From: Octopus bimaculoides | Taxonomy: Eukaryota | DNA: 64,000 nt | Reading direction: 5' to 3' | Assembly: GCF_001194135.2 (NCBI RefSeq) | Contig: NC_068992.1 | Location: 46,445,678-46,509,677 of the forward strand | Shown: in pieces, positions 28,697-41,451 of the stretch | How positions within the stretch are numbered: position 1 is the first letter of the stretch | How the letters are laid out: each line of letters opens with the position of its first letter | Notes under the pieces: model-generated | Told to the model about the DNA's origin: nothing | Seen by the model: the letters and a program-made list of their open reading frames with translations, nothing else | The model's database searches: none | Program-made: the position numbers and the translations under genes

Positions 28697-28701
<5 letters not shown>
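28414..28701. mobile_element. Palindromic element with 100-bp arms carrying a hammerhead ribozyme; probable Penelope-like pLTR or retrozyme-type derivative
   Basis: 28414-28513 is the reverse complement of 28602-28701 with 4 mismatches; a further ctgtgata/tatcacag pair lies inside the spacer. Confidence 0.8.
28467..28552 (-). ncRNA. Type I hammerhead ribozyme HH3 with canonical core
   Basis: Minus strand attcc CTGAAGA gaaggttacaa...ttgtaatccttt GAAA catatg TA gcaat aaa. Canonical CUGANGA/GAAA/UH core, 11-bp stem II with one bulge, palindromic stem III acatatgt, stem I with 4 of 5 pairs. Confidence 0.85.
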
Positions 28702-28773
<72 letters not shown>

Positions 28774-29324
28774 NNNNNNNNNNNNNNNNNNNNNNNNNNN
28801 NNNNNNNNNNNNNNNNNNNNNNNNNNNNNNNNNNNNNNNNNNNNNNNNNNNNNNNNNNNNNNNNNNNNNNNNNNNNNNNNNNNNNNNNNNNNNNNNNNNN
28901 NNNNNNNNNNNNNNNNNNNNNNNNNNNNNNNNNNNNNNNNNNNNNNNNNNNNNNNNNNNNNNNNNNNNNNNNNNNNNNNNNNNNNNNNNNNNNNNNNNNN
29001 NNNNNNNNNNNNNNNNNNNNNNNNNNNNNNNNNNNNNNNNNNNNNNNNNNNNNNNNNNNNNNNNNNNNNNNNNNNNNNNNNNNNNNNNNNNNNNNNNNNN
29101 NNNNNNNNNNNNNNNNNNNNNNNNNNNNNNNNNNNNNNNNNNNNNNNNNNNNNNNNNNNNNNNNNNNNNNNNNNNNNNNNNNNNNNNNNNNNNNNNNNNN
29201 NNNNNNNNNNNNNNNNNNNNNNNNNNNNNNNNNNNNNNNNNNNNNNNNNNNNNNNNNNNNNNNNNNNNNNNNNNNNNNNNNNNNNNNNNNNNNNNNNNNN
29301 NNNNNNNNNNNNNNNNNNNNNNNN

Positions 29325-29420
<96 letters not shown>

Positions 29421-30273
29421 TTATGTATGTATGTACAGTGAGGGTGAAATATACATATATTTCAGCATTACATACACACATATACATGCATTTACACAAA
29501 CAGATTAACGCACAAACGCACACATACACACTCTCACACAGACACACATAGAACGCGCGTGCACACACACACAAACTCACACAGACACACATAGTCACAA
29601 TCGTTAATTCAGCGTAACTCTTTATATCTATATCAATCATAAATGCTCGACGTGAAATAATTTCAAGCCGACCCCATTTTCTTTTATTCCTTATTTATTC
29701 TTTATAGATATTTGTTTTTCATTGTTCTAGAGAAATCGCCACATTCTGTGATGAGATATCACTTTAATGCATATACGTGTGAGTGTGCGTGCGTTCGTTC
29801 AGTTGTTGTGAACGTGTATGTATTCATGGATATCTGCATGTACGCATATAGATATACGCGATCTCGCGGCGTACACACGCATATGTATAACATCATTAAG
29901 TGATGCATGAGGAATTCTTCAGCACTTTACCTAATCCCAACTTGCATGGATATATATATATATATTTATATATTTATATCAGTATGTGTGTATATCATCA
30001 CTCTTTTACAGATGTGTGTGTGTATAAATCATCTTTTCATGAAGGCGTTCATTTGTACAATACATATTCACCTGTCGTGGTCATTTAGATAAAACGTGAG
30101 TACAGCATTGAAGTATGATATCTTGTCTCTTAAGATACATGTTTGAGAGCGCTTATATATATAGTCTTAACTCTTACACAAGCTAGCAGAGTGTTTCTCA
30201 CTACAAACAAAAATAAATCAAGCTACTTTTAGTGCTTATTGCTTATTTTATTGCCTCTTATACACCCTGTCAG

Positions 30274-30315
30274 CTTTTGCATCACAACGATGAACTCTCA
30301 CTTAATCACTTGAAA
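30274..30315 (+). CDS. Candidate 42-nt internal exon, LLHHNDELSLNHLK (phase 0-0)
   Basis: Pyrimidine-rich acceptor ttgcctcttatacaccctgtcag and donor AAA|gtaagt; only one frame is open. No homology evidence. Confidence 0.3.
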
Positions 30316-30404
30316 GTAAGTGTCTTCTGCATAAATATTTTTTTCTTTTTCATTTCACAACTCATACTGTTTGTTGGAAACAACTGATGCTTTTCTTCGT
30401 CCAG

Positions 30405-30415
30405 AAAATGCCAAT
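30405..30415 (+). CDS. Candidate 11-nt microexon AAAATGCCAAT
   Basis: Branch-like ctgat, then gcttttcttcgtccag acceptor and gtaagc donor; 89 nt downstream of the 42-nt candidate. Confidence 0.2.
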
Positions 30416-31967
30416 GTAAGCTAGCTAGTTATATTTCACGCTTCCAGTCAATTTGTAATAAAAAGCAGTCTAAACATCAAGTAACTCCATAAAAATGGTA
30501 GAATGCATTGGATAACATCGGTTTAGACATCGTATGTCTGAAAATATTGTAAGATCTTCAAAATACAAATAATATGTGGTAACCACTACATCGTAGCTGA
30601 TCCGTTTGTGATATGTGCACAACAGAAAACGTCACGTCAATGTCAATGACTGAAATGGCAGTTTGAGCTAGTATCAAACAAGAAACATATATGTGGAAGA
30701 TATTATGAAGCGATTTGTCGATGTTAAACTCGCAATTTTGTTCTTTCATTCGATATAGTCATCAAAACTAAGGGCATTGTCAATTCTGAAACTACTTGCC
30801 TTCAAATCCGGCATTATTAGACTTTATATTCTTCTGATGTTAATATCTCTGCTCTTTTCATATAATAAAAACAGATGAAATAATCCATACTGACCATTTA
30901 TTGTCATCTGTTTTTGGACATCAGCATATTTGAGTAATTTTTCATCCAGTAGTGAGACATTCGTTACACACAAAAGCAAAAAACTTACAGTTGTATTATG
31001 CTATTTGATTAAAATCTTGTGTTATTTCCGTTCCCTTACATTGCGCATTTAAATATGTATATGCTCAGTTTTGTTTTAACATCTTCTACGGTTTAACATT
31101 GAAACATATTTTATTCTTCTTTAAACTATGCCCAATAAGAAATTTTTTTCTCTTTTGTATTTTGGTAATTCGTGATATTTTTGTGTGTGATCCTATGGGA
31201 ATGGCTGTAGAAACTTCATTCCATTAAAATGTATATATTCCATGAATAAAAAAAAGAATATTTCAGAATTCTTATGATTTGGCGTCAGCATTTGCAATTT
31301 TACGGCATGGAACAAGTGATGGAGCCAAACTTCGCATAACTACCAAAATATCCTACAAATGCAGATATCTCAATATGTGTATGCCAATGTACATGTGTGT
31401 GTCCGTCGGCATGTTTATGTACGAATATGCGTATTGTGGGTATAAAATATATATAGATATATAAAATACATAAAATATATATTTATGTGTTTATAAGGGT
31501 GTGTATTTACATATGCGCATATGTGAGTTTGCACCTTTATAGATAAATACATAGTTATATATACATATGCATACATACAAACATACATACATTCATATCT
31601 GTGTATGAATGTATGTATGTTTGTGTTGATTTATGTAAGTTTGAATCGATGTATATATTTATAAATGGCTCCGCGCTTGTAACATAGAATGGCTTATCTG
31701 TGTAAAAACTTGCTGTACTCAAAAGAGTATGGGTCATGCCGGCGTTTTATGAGATATCTGTTGTGTACTTTATCCAATTTCAAGATAAATCTGCATTCAG
31801 CAGAAAATCTGAGCTTTTGAACTATTGTAGTCACCCTTCGAAATTCTTGATTTCTAGGCAATGAGATGCATCAAGGTCGAACTCGTAACTGTATATTAAG
31901 CATGTTCTCTGAGTAAGGTATTGAGAATCTTTGTAATTTCATTGTATTTGCGTTTAAAGAATCAACC

Positions 31968-32000
<33 letters not shown>

Positions 32001-32047
32001 TGTATGTATGCATTTATCTATTTATTTCCCTCCCTCTCTCTATATCT

Positions 32048-32078
<31 letters not shown>

Positions 32079-34536
32079 CACAAATATATTTATGTACAAG
32101 TATAACGTGTGTACATGCATATACACACCCATACATATAATATATGTATACACTATACTGTAAAATGTGCCAGTTCATATGCTATTCGTGTATCTAATGC
32201 GCCAAACATTCAACCACTGGTTAAGGTGGTGTAATCTTGATAACCTTCGCAGACGAAGCTAGACTAGATGCCCCTGAACTAAAAGTGAATATAATGCTTT
32301 ATTTTGAAATACCGCTGTTTGGCTGTGACCTCTCTCTCTCACCTTAGTTAGTCATAACTGTAATATCTATGTTGTGTAAATAACATTGTTTTCGTTCATA
32401 ACTCAATTAACATTTAGAAACATTTAAGAGAACAATATTAATGATATTTTGCCTTTATTTGGAGTTAATTGTACGCAATATGTCACGTTTCAAATATAGT
32501 AAATTTAAGCTGAAATGTAATTAAACTTTGTTGACCTAAGACTGTGTGTTTCCTCATTAAAAAATAAAATGTATGAAAAATAAAAATATCTAAATTAATT
32601 AACCACATAATATAAAACAAAACAATAAAACTTGAATTAAAATTCAATGTAAGAAACGTCAAACTTATATATGTATGTAATATAGAAGGCGTAAAAAGAA
32701 AGTTGTAACTTCGACTCCAGGAATTGAAACTTACTTCCATTGCAAATCGTATAGCTTCGCCATATGTTAGGGAAAGGGAGAAGTTCCAGTGCCCACATAT
32801 TTCAAGGCTCTTGGATATGTGCATTATTTTTTTTATAGTGTTAAAATGTATATATATATATATATATATTAGTGTAGTCTTTTCAGTGTGATGTACGTTT
32901 TGCAATGCCTTTTACATGAAGTCGTACATGAAATATGAGAGATTATGAAATGTGTGCTTTGTAACAACTTTTAAAATGTTATACATTATAGAATATACTT
33001 AGGTAGACATGGAAAACTACATCACGTTCGGCGCACCTTTCTAGGGATGTAATCTCAATGCAGTGTTTGACGTCCAGAATTCTTCTTGTTAAAACCTGAG
33101 TACGAAAGATTGACGAAGTTTGAAAATAGATATCATCTGCGCAGTAATATATGTTGAGTGGAATGACAGCGAGTATGTTAATATTGACGGAGAATAATTT
33201 TAGAAAAATAACTGAAGTCTTGATTACATCGGAATTGATTGGAGAGTGTCGTCAGCACACACCACGAACTATCTTTACTAGTGATATCATTCAGGTGGAA
33301 AACTTACTCAACTTTGCAGAACATTTCAATAACAATGTCAAAAGAGATACCAATGTTTGAAAATATTGCTTTTTGCGGAATTATTCAAGGTGACTGATCC
33401 AATATAGAAACTGAAGAATGAGAGCCCCTCAATGTGATGAAGTGATGATCGTTGTATTGTGACCAGAAGTCAATTGTCCAAAGTAACATGCAATGGAATT
33501 GAACACACAAGAAAACGGTTTCAGAGTGAAGTATTTAACAACACAGCTATGCCGATTTACTTGTGTTATTGTTGATAATACACTGTTCTGTTTCTTATTG
33601 ATTCATGTTATTGTTGTAGACATTGTAATTTTTACATCAACTCCAATATCCATGACTTTTCACATCTCCCGCGCGATAACTGAGGTTGAGACATTTTCGT
33701 TTACTTCAGGTACATGAATGATGCAACTGAAGGGAGCGTATTTCTCGAATACAATAACACTGCCAAGTGACTAATTAGTTACTATTTCGACATACACGTA
33801 GATAATTGATCCTCAATGGATACTAAGAAAAGGAGAAGGGCTATGAAAGTATATTTGTCTCAGTTTATCATGCAAAATTTAAGATGGGGATTCATGTGAA
33901 GATAGGGAATATAAGATCTCGAGATACTGAACATCAACGATAAGTTGTCAAAATGTGCCAAAACGTAGGAATACAAACTGGATGTGAAATCAAGATGAAA
34001 CGACCAACTAATGTCATTAGCGCTTATGTGTTATGCGCATATGCACTTATGTGCTCTGCAACTAATGTCATTATGCGCTTATGTAAGAGATGAGGCATTG
34101 ATTATATGCTGGAAGAAGAACATGGAAGAGGAAGAGGAGGAAGGGGAGAAGGAGGAGGATGATTATGATCATGATGAGCATCATGATTATCTTTTATTAG
34201 TTACGTGATTCAGTCATCAGACAGCGGTTATGCTGAAGCGCTGCCTTCCTGAATTTTTATTAAGTTTGGTACTTATTCAATCAGTTTGTTTTCCCGGATC
34301 GCTCCGGAAAATGGACGTAAATAAAATCGATAGTGGCGGACAATTACAGGAATAACTACTCACAAACACACACACGCACACACGCACACACAGACACACA
34401 CACACACATGTATATATACGCTCATACATATACAAGCATATTTACATACACACAAACATATATATATATATATATATATATATACACTCATACATATACA
34501 AACATATTTACATTCACACACACACACACACACACA

Positions 34537-34683
34537 CGACAGGCTTCTTTAAGTTTCCGTGTACCATATCCATTCACAAGGCTTTAGTCGGCTCAAGGTT
34601 ATTGCAGAAGACACCCAGTGTGCCGCACAGTGGGACTGAACACGGAACCATGTGATTTGGAAGCAACTACACAGCCATGCCTA
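34537..34683 (-). mobile_element. SINE family B, tRNA-related head half
   Basis: cgacaggcttctttaagtttccg...cacaaggctttagtcggc...agaagacac...cagtgggactgaacacggaaccatgtg; bounded by (CA)n. Confidence 0.85.
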
Positions 34684-36509
34684 GGATACGTTTCATTAAA
34701 ATCATCCTATTGAGAACAGCATTATGTGGAGTAGTGTTATGTGAAAGTATAATATAGTATAGTGTAGTATAGTCCAATATAGAGTCATGCAGTTTAAATC
34801 TAATGTAGTGTGTATATTTCAGTGTAGACTTGTTAATTATATTATAGAAGTGGAGTGAAACATTTTTCCTTCGTTGACTATTTCTATTAAGCAGTGGTGT
34901 AGCCTTATTATATTGTAACATGCTCATTCGAAATGAGACTCATGTTTGAAGTACACACACATAGACAGAGTATACAGCCACTTTTCTAATTTTTTCAGTA
35001 AGAATCTCAATTGGTGGAATTGACATTGACATATTTTAGATGTATGTAAAGATGTGTTAGCCGTGCAACCATTACAGGAAAAAGAAAAAGAAGTCAATTT
35101 TGTAACCTCCAAACTTTTGGCGGGAAATTTATTACTGACAAAAGTCTATGTAGTGGTGCTAATATATAATCCCTTACACGATTTTATTTTTAATCTGAAG
35201 AATACTTTACTTTAGTATATCGCTGATAAGCTGTAATTACGTTTTTGCCAACCTTTACGATGTTGTATGCTACCTTATCACAAAGTACATGTACTTAAAG
35301 AGTACATTTTACACATATGCGGATTATAATTGATATACATGGCTCAGAGTATATGCTGAGAAACATAAACTAAGCTAATCCTCCGCGAAATCATAGAAAT
35401 GCTGTTCTATCTAACGTTGGTATTCCTTCAGAAGGAATTGAAAGTCCACAATATCAGCCGATCGTTCCTATCTATATTTCACAATGATTGAATAGAGTTT
35501 TCAATATTCTAACTGATGTACGGAAGCAACAATGTAAAAACCATTAATGCAAGGCAAGATAACACCAAGCTACACCATGTTGTCTTTTATAAGATGGTTG
35601 CGAATGCATAATGAAATATTTAGCACAGAAAAAGCCCTTACCGAGACTGGAAGGTAAAGGTACGTTTGAAGTGCTTCCTTTCGCAAGTCATAGTGCAATG
35701 GCAAAACAATGCTGTGATTTTACTGCATGTTCAGTCCTTGACAATGGAATATTCTGTGTGTAGACTGTATCTCAGAAAAGAGCAAGCATAGAAGAAGGAT
35801 CTCTTATAAATGGTTTAGAGAATCGATTGAGACATGAGGATAACAGTGAACAATGTCACTAGAAGAGGTAGGATAACCTTGGTTTGTAGGTATAACATCT
35901 ATGCCTTACCTTGTTTGGATTTGTCGTAGAACAGATGTATGTTACTTCATGAACTGGAGAGGGAGCCGGAAAATAATGCTTTCATACAGATACAGAAGTA
36001 TATATAGAGAGAATTCTAAACCAAAGAACGAAGAACTAATCTTCAGGAAATAATATAGGAAAATAGTTATTGTTTGGTTGAAAAGATTAGAACTGCAGTG
36101 GCTTTGATACAGTGGACATATAGATGAAGGTGCGACCAAAGAATCTGACAGCGAGCAGCAATGCACTGATATGGTGTTTTTACAGTTTTACAATACGAGA
36201 GACCTTTTTCTGCACGACCGCTGCAGAATATGTCTGTAGAATGCAATATGTCACAAGCATATTTTAATTAGGCAAAAGACAGCTCATGCCTAAACAATGC
36301 TTGGTGCAGACACTATACATACATACATACATACATACATGTATATATATTTATATATGTGTATGTGTGTATGTATGTATGTATGTATTTATGTATGTAT
36401 GTATGTATGTATGTATGTATAGTTCACAGACGGGATCCAGATATTCTCCGACCAGAAGAGAGTTAGTAGTGCTCAAAAGATTCAAACTTAGATTCCGGTG
36501 TCTTTACAG

Positions 36510-36525
36510 GAAATCGCTCCACAAG
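36510..36525 (+). CDS. Candidate 16-nt microexon GAAATCGCTCCACAAG (EIAPQ + G)
   Basis: Acceptor ttccggtgtctttacag and donor AAG|gtaagg; its phase links the 42-nt and 51-nt candidates. Confidence 0.25.
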
Positions 36526-36653
36526 GTAAGGAAATGCTATTAGAGGTCAAGTGAAGACATGGAAGAAGATGTGTGTATAAACAAATTAAACTCAGCAAAT
36601 ACGTTAGATATATGAAATAAATCAAATACAAAATACGTATATATGCATACGTT

Positions 36654-36818
36654 CAAAACGTGATTAAGGAAAAGGTGGACACTTTCAGATGGTGAATTTA
36701 TGTGTACAAATAAATAGATATTTATAGTAATTGGATATTAATAAATTATATTAATAGCATATTAATGCATATCAATTCACCATCTGAAAGTGTCCACCTT
36801 TTGCTTTATCTCGTTTTG
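36654..36818. mobile_element. MITE-like element with about 45-bp terminal inverted repeats
   Basis: aaaaggtggacactttcagatggtgaatt (36670-36698) has a perfect inverse at 36774-36802, extended by about 16 bp with 3 mismatches; AT-rich core and TA-rich flanks. Confidence 0.8.
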
Positions 36819-36839
36819 CATATATACATTCTTTGATTA

Positions 36840-37059
36840 CTTTTTCTTCTATTTGTTTCAGTCATTTGACTGCGGCCATGCTGGAGCACCACCTTTAGTC
36901 GAAGAAATCGACCATTGGACTTATTCTTTGTAAGCCTAGTAGTTATTCTATCGGTACCTTTTGCCGAACCGCTAAGTTAGGGACGTAAACACACCAACGT
37001 CGGTTGTCAAGCGATGTTGGGTGTATGACAAACACAGACATACAAACATATACATATAA

Positions 37060-37101
<42 letters not shown>

Positions 37102-37258
37102 GACAGGGTTCTTTCAGTTTCCGTCTACCAGATCCACTCACAAGGCTTTGGTCGACTCGAGGCTATAGTAGAAGACACCAAGGTGGGACGCAGTGGGACA
37201 GTACCCGAAAGCATGTGGTTGGTATGGAAGCTACTTACCACATACCCACTTCTGCACG
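36840..37258 (-). mobile_element. SINE family B, near full length
   Basis: ttgtttcagtcatttgactgcggccatgctggagcacc...gccgaaccgctaagtt...(TA)n...cgacagggttctttcagtttccgtctacc...agtagaagacac...gctacttaccacatacccact. Confidence 0.9.
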
Positions 37259-37586
37259 TATATATTAACATATTCTATATTTGATGTATTTAATATATTT
37301 TATGTTTTTACTTTGTTTNNNNNNNNNNNNNNNNNNNNNNNNNNNNNNNNNNNNNNNNNNNNNNNNNNNNNNNNNNNNNNNNNNNNNNNNNNNNNNNNNN
37401 NNNNNNNNNNNNNNNNNNNNNNNNNNNNNNNNNNNNNNNNNNNNNNNNNNNNNNNNNNNNNNNNNNNNNNNNNNNNNNNNNNNNNNNNNNNNNNNNNNNN
37501 NNNNNNNNNNNNNNNNNNNNNNNNNNNNNNNNNNNNNNNNNNNNNNNNNNNNNNNNNNNNNNNNNNNNNNNNNNNNNNNNNNNNNN

Positions 37587-37724
37587 ATATACCGAAGTTC
37601 AGAAATAGCAGCTAAAAAAGCTGAGAATCCCACAGATAGCATCACTTGTAACTCACAAAGGCAAAGTGATGCTATCTGTGGGATTCTCAGGTTTTTTAGC
37701 TGCTATTTCTGAACTTCGGTATAT
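37587..37724. repeat. Near-perfect palindrome (61-bp arms, 16-nt loop); MITE or foldback-like
   Basis: 37587-37647 versus 37664-37724 has a single mismatch. Confidence 0.9.
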
Positions 37725-39494
37725 GGTGAAGCAAATATTTGCTGATCCCTTAATTATATTTATATATATATATACATGGAGAAGAACCTTGTAATGTGTA
37801 TTCTACCCTTTGAGTGCTCACACACGACACGGATGTGGTTGAAAAGTATTCAATTATGTAAAATTACAAAGAATGGTCTTGTATAATTTTATAGGAATAT
37901 ATACACAGCACCTTAACGCTGGTGTACGGCACATAAAAAAATGTGACCTACCATTAAATTCAGATCTTCCGTTCTCTTGTCATATCACTCATCTGTGTGT
38001 GCGTGCCTGTGTGTGTGTGGTGGGGTAATTTCTGTGCCTGCCTTCCTTGTGCACAAAGAAGCTCTAAATGATATAAAGATGTTTAAATAGTACCAGTCTT
38101 GCAACAAGAACTCTCGACATACATGTTTTGAAAATCCCGTGATTTATGACATTATGTGATTTGATTTCAAACTCTGAATCGAAAATCCTGTCACGAAATC
38201 GATTCACCAAACAGAAATTGTAACGTCCTGTTGTCTGCCACAAGGAGATACAGAGACAATAACAAACTGACTTTGCTGACTGCAAACACACACTGTGAAC
38301 TTGATGGACTCTCTTTTACCAACAACATACACCAAAATAACATTGAAAAGTAATTATTGACGACTTTTTTTAGAAAGGCAATATTTTTATATCGTTATAT
38401 TGATCTCCTGAATACTAAATACACAACAAAACAATGGAATGGAAAAAAATGTTGAAATATACGAAGAAGAACAACAATTTGAAAACATTTAAACTTTGGA
38501 TGTAGTTAATTTTATGAATATTAATAAACGCTTCATTTATTTGCCACCGGGGACTATTCATACAAACAATAGACTTGTTACAATAGAAGTTATCAAAATA
38601 TGTGTTGTAGGGTGCTGCAATGTTATACAAAATCAGGGATAGAGTAGAGGTGTTGCACAATATATAATGATAAGTAGCAACTGTATAAAACATCATGATT
38701 TGCAATAAGATTTTTTCGAAGACATAAAGTAACAAGTATGACTACCCAACTATGCCTGATTCGGAAGCTGCTACTCAGTTTGGAACAAAATTCTCTACGA
38801 AACTGACCTCTCTCTGCCCCTCTATATCATGGCGTAAGACATGGCTTATTTCAATGTGACTGTGAACGTTTCAGGCGTCTGATTTAGGAGGTAGAAGCCC
38901 ATAACTTTCACAAAAAGGCCCATAACCCACCAATAGTGTTGCTAATAGTCTGCCGAAGTTTCAAGTGAAGAAAGAGTCACATATTTTGAATGCAGCATTG
39001 TTTTTCTCCGCAAGATGAATTAGATTTATAAATAAGTTATATTGTATAGATATTTAAATTTTCTCAACTAAATCGCCTAAATGATCTGTAATATTTTCCG
39101 TTATGGATTCAAACCGTATTAGAAGTCTTATGTGGTAATGATTTATTTGCTAGTCGTAGATTTTGAACGTAGAATGCAAAGGATATTCATGATATTACAC
39201 TCGTAGACAGAAACGGAGCACGTTTACTATTCGATTGAAACACTTCAAATTACCTCAGTACACCGCTGAATTTTCGTTGTTGATCGATCCCATACCGATC
39301 TTGAAGTTTGAGAGCGGGTTTGCCATCTCAGAGAATTAAGGAATATATATAAAAAAAGAACACAATTTCAGGCTCAACTTCTTACCGAAGAAGATATATT
39401 GATGGCGCAGTCAAAGAACAGTTAACCTGTGACACCTTCCACACTACTTCCATATTTTCCTCATACAGCACAGCTACACTATAACTACACATAG

Positions 39495-39545
39495 CTACAG
39501 CTACAATCGCAAGCTCAGAAGATTTCCATGATATATATAAAGATG
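39495..39545 (+). CDS. Candidate 51-nt exon, (A)TATIASSEDFHDIYKD (phase 1-1)
   Basis: Strong donor ATG|gtaagt. Acceptors at atag (39494) or acag (39500) keep the frame but lack a pyrimidine tract. Confidence 0.3.
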
Positions 39546-40992
39546 GTAAGTTCTTAGTTAATGGACACAGTTATCTTTTATCACGTTTCTTATGAAACTG
39601 TAGTGTTTCCTTATAAACATTTAGAGAACATCTTCACGATATTTTATGAAAAGCCGGTTCTACTAAAGAACGGAAATATCGAAGAAAGAAAGAATAAACG
39701 AAAGAGAGACGAAATACAAAATGAAAGGTAGGAAAAAGAAAAAAAGATAAACACAGGAAAGTTATGAAGATAGACATAGAAAGGGGTAGAGATAGACAGA
39801 AATAGATAGTTAGAGATTAAAAAGGAAGAGAGGAAGAAAGAGAGGGAATGAAAAACCATAAAAATAATGAGTAAAAATAGTGCGGGAAGTAATAGGTTTT
39901 TAAAGTAAATCATATATGTAAGTTAAGTACGAGAATTAAATAGGAGGTTCATGAGGGAAGCCGTATTGCAATAACACTTTCCAATCTTATAAATGGCTTC
40001 TCATCAAGACAGCTATGAAATTATTAGCTTAAAGATGGGAATTAAATGGAAATGCCGACTGAAGAATAAAGTAATTCCAATAATACTCATCCAGATCTTT
40101 ACCATTTGAAGTATTGTATAAACGATCTTACAGCCAGGATCAATTTTGTTTCATGGAACACTTGTTCACTTTTCCGCCATGAAAACTGTAGACATTCTTC
40201 AAACACTAGGTCCATGTACGATTATAATGTTATACATGTATACATACATACATACACGCGCACAAACATACATACATGCACATATACATACACAACATAA
40301 ACACACACACATATATATATATATATGCACATATATGTATATATGTACACACACACACACACACACATATATATGTATCTATACATATATATTTATACAC
40401 AAATATGTATACACACATGTCTGTTTAAGGATGTATTACATTTGAGTTTATCTTTACAGATTTTCTCTGTATTCGTTGCTAAGCGTGTAAGTGTGAGTGT
40501 GAATGCGTATGTGTGTGAGTGTGTGTATGTGTGTCTGTCTGTGTCTGTATGTGTGTGTGTGTGTGTATGTGTGTGTTGTATAATAACAGTCTGAATAAAA
40601 TACGAGTCTGGACTACAGCATGTGTCTATGTATGTGCGTGTCACCTCTACATGTCATTGCGTCTTTCGGCAGGTTCTTGGACACACATCATCCTACACAA
40701 ACAGACATCTATTTCATGAGCTATACAAAATTAAATATATGTGTGTATATACAGACACACATACATACATACATATATNNNNNNNNNNNNNNNNNNNNNN
40801 NNNNNNNNNNNNNNNNNNNNNNNNNNNNNNNNNNNNNNNNNNNNNNNNNNNNNNNNNNNNNNNNNNNNNNNNNNNNNNNNNNNNNNNNNNNNNNNNNNNN
40901 NNNNNNNNNNNNNNNNNNNNNNNNNNNNNNNNNNNNNNNNNNNNNNNNNNNNNNNNNNNNNNNNNNNNNNNNNNNNNNNNNNNNNNNNNNNN

Positions 40993-41023
<31 letters not shown>

Positions 41024-41380
41024 AAGAATAATCCAGGATTGCACATCGAATACATTTACGCATTAACCTATGCTAGGATTCAGACACAGAGGGCAAATAT
41101 GAAAGCCAACTTTGAATAAGTAGAAGCTTACTTACTTTTTATTCTCTTTCATGTATTTCCTTTGTGTCTGCATCAACAGATAGCTTAATGTATACGTTTC
41201 TGCCTTTCTACCTATTCTTCTCTCTGATCCTAGCTGCGTCGCTCTGTATGCCTGCTTATTGCTCAGTCTATGAAAGAATCATACACGTTTGTGTGGGTGT
41301 TGTGTGCGCGCGTGTTTATATGTGTGCATTCCACATTTAATCAATTCATATATATATATATATATATATATACCCGGAGT

Positions 41381-41441
41381 TTTTACGTTCCTGTAACTTA
41401 GCGATTCAGTAAAAAACCGATAGAATAAGTACTAGTCTTGC
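41381..41441 (+). mobile_element. SINE family B internal fragment
   Basis: ttacgttcctgtaacttagcgattcagtaaaaaaccgatagaataagtactagtcttgc matches the family B body. Confidence 0.7.
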
Positions 41442-41451
41442 AATATAATAT

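Noticed and set aside
30089-30095. 7-nt microexon candidate ATAAAAC before gtgagt
   Set aside because: Every phase gives a stop, either in it or in the following 42-nt candidate.
36430-36525. 96-nt version of the exon ending at 36525 (TGSRYSPTRR...KSLHK)
   Set aside because: Poor acceptor inside a (TATG)n tract, and phase 0 does not fit the ETLV frame.
39469-39545. Stronger upstream acceptor (ttttcctcatacag) for the 39545 donor
   Set aside because: It introduces stops in all three frames. This weakens the 51-nt exon call and is reflected in its low confidence.
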